In this document: one piece after another, positions 63,380 through 64,000 of the stretch
Position numbering within the stretch: position 1 is the first letter of the stretch
Layout of the letters: every line of letters starts with the position of its first letter
Source of the DNA: a virus
Lineage: Duplodnaviria > Caudoviricetes
Virus record (IMG/VR): IMGVR_UViG_3300033076_001247
Location: 10,123 to 74,122 of that record
Reading direction: 5' to 3' (one strand)
DNA: 64,000 bases
Notes under the pieces: model-generated
What the model was told of the DNA's origin: nothing
Seen by the model: the letters and a program-made list of their open reading frames with translations, nothing else
Database searches by the model: none
Made by a program: the position numbers and the translations under genes

Positions 63380-64000
63380 CTACTTGTGCTCGACGGTCAG
63401 CATCCGCTTGTAGCGGCTCTTGTCGCCGACGGCGGCGTCGGTGCGGCAGACGAAGTCGCCGACGTAGCGCCACGAGGTCGAGACGAGATCCTGCAGGCGG
63501 TTCAGCGGCGCGCGCATGATCAGCGTGATCTTGTCCGAGTTGACCTCGATGCCGTTGTTCGTGATGGCGGGCGTCGCGAGCTTGCCCGTCAGACCGGCGT
63601 CGGTGATGTACTGACCGACGTCCTGGTAGTACTCGTTAAGACCGCCCTGGCCCGAGAACAGCACGCGGTGGATCTCGGTGTTCGAGGCGTTCCAGATCTC
63701 GCCCGCGAACGGATCGTCCTGCGTGAAGACCTCGGTCGCGTTGCTGTCGCCGGCACCGATGACGGTCTCCTTGACTGGGCACTCGGTGTTGCGGAAGAAC
63801 GTCACGCCGAGCATCTGGCCGATAGCGAACTGCCGGTACATGTAATAGTCCGGCAAGCTCGTGTTGAGGCGCTGGAACTCGGTCGACTCGTAGATCTCGG
63901 CCTCGGAGATCGGGTCGAGGTGCGAGTGGAACGAGCCGTCGGCGTACTCGGGGACGTTCTGCTGACGGAAGCGAGCGACCGCCGCGCGGATCTGCGTCAT
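63380..64000 (-). CDS. Major capsid protein, C-terminal part (N4 gp56-like HK97 fold)
   Basis: EIG...GV.F...; RAPLNRLQ..VS.SW...G; upstream of the neck genes. Confidence 0.75.
   Translation of the reverse strand: MTQIRAAVARFRQQNVPEYADGSFHSHLDPISEAEIYESTEFQRLNTSLPDYYMYRQFAIGQMLGVTFFRNTECPVKETVIGAGDSNATEVFTQDDPFAGEIWNASNTEIHRVLFSGQGGLNEYYQDVGQYITDAGLTGKLATPAITNNGIEVNSDKITLIMRAPLNRLQDLVSTSWRYVGDFVCRTDAAVGDKSRYKRMLTVEHK

Noticed and set aside
1-64000. tRNA, tmRNA, RNase P, rRNA, integrase/att sites
   Set aside because: No cloverleaf with T-loop/CCA, no tag reading frame, no conserved cores and no recombinase motifs found by eye.

Overview
The whole window is one high-GC (~70%) tailed dsDNA phage with a contractile (myovirus-type) tail. 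It has no host genes, integrase, tRNA or CRISPR array. The terminase large subunit runs off the left end and the major capsid protein enters from the right end, both on the minus strand. This suggests a circularly permuted, nearly complete genome lacking only the portal/scaffold/capsid-start segment. Layout: 1-7.8 kb (-) packaging, adenine MTase and replication initiation; 8-30 kb (+) early/middle genes (XRE regulator, C5 MTase, Tad2-like DUF2829, Ead-like paralogs, thymidine kinase, RecT-like/exonuclease/SSB, HNH-AP2, ParB-like, sigma factor, lytic transglycosylase); 30-33 kb sliding clamp and SF2 helicase (-) plus resolvase (+); 33-64 kb (-) holin-like genes, many fibres/adhesins, baseplate, tape measure, tube, sheath, neck and capsid. 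The least expected features: (1) a ~435-nt densely structured non-coding element with three C(UUCG)G loops directly after the capsid gene; (2) a dual-coding cytosine MTase whose C-terminal half is swapped between two overlapping polypeptides by a G10 tract; (3) a TerL with a degenerate extra N-terminal ATPase domain, paralleled by an active+degenerate DnaC pair; (4) a ~390-nt structured leader with mutually exclusive terminator/start-occluding stems ahead of the sigma-factor operon; (5) three copies of a conserved promoter+leader module. All assignments come from visual motif recognition; no database searches were run.
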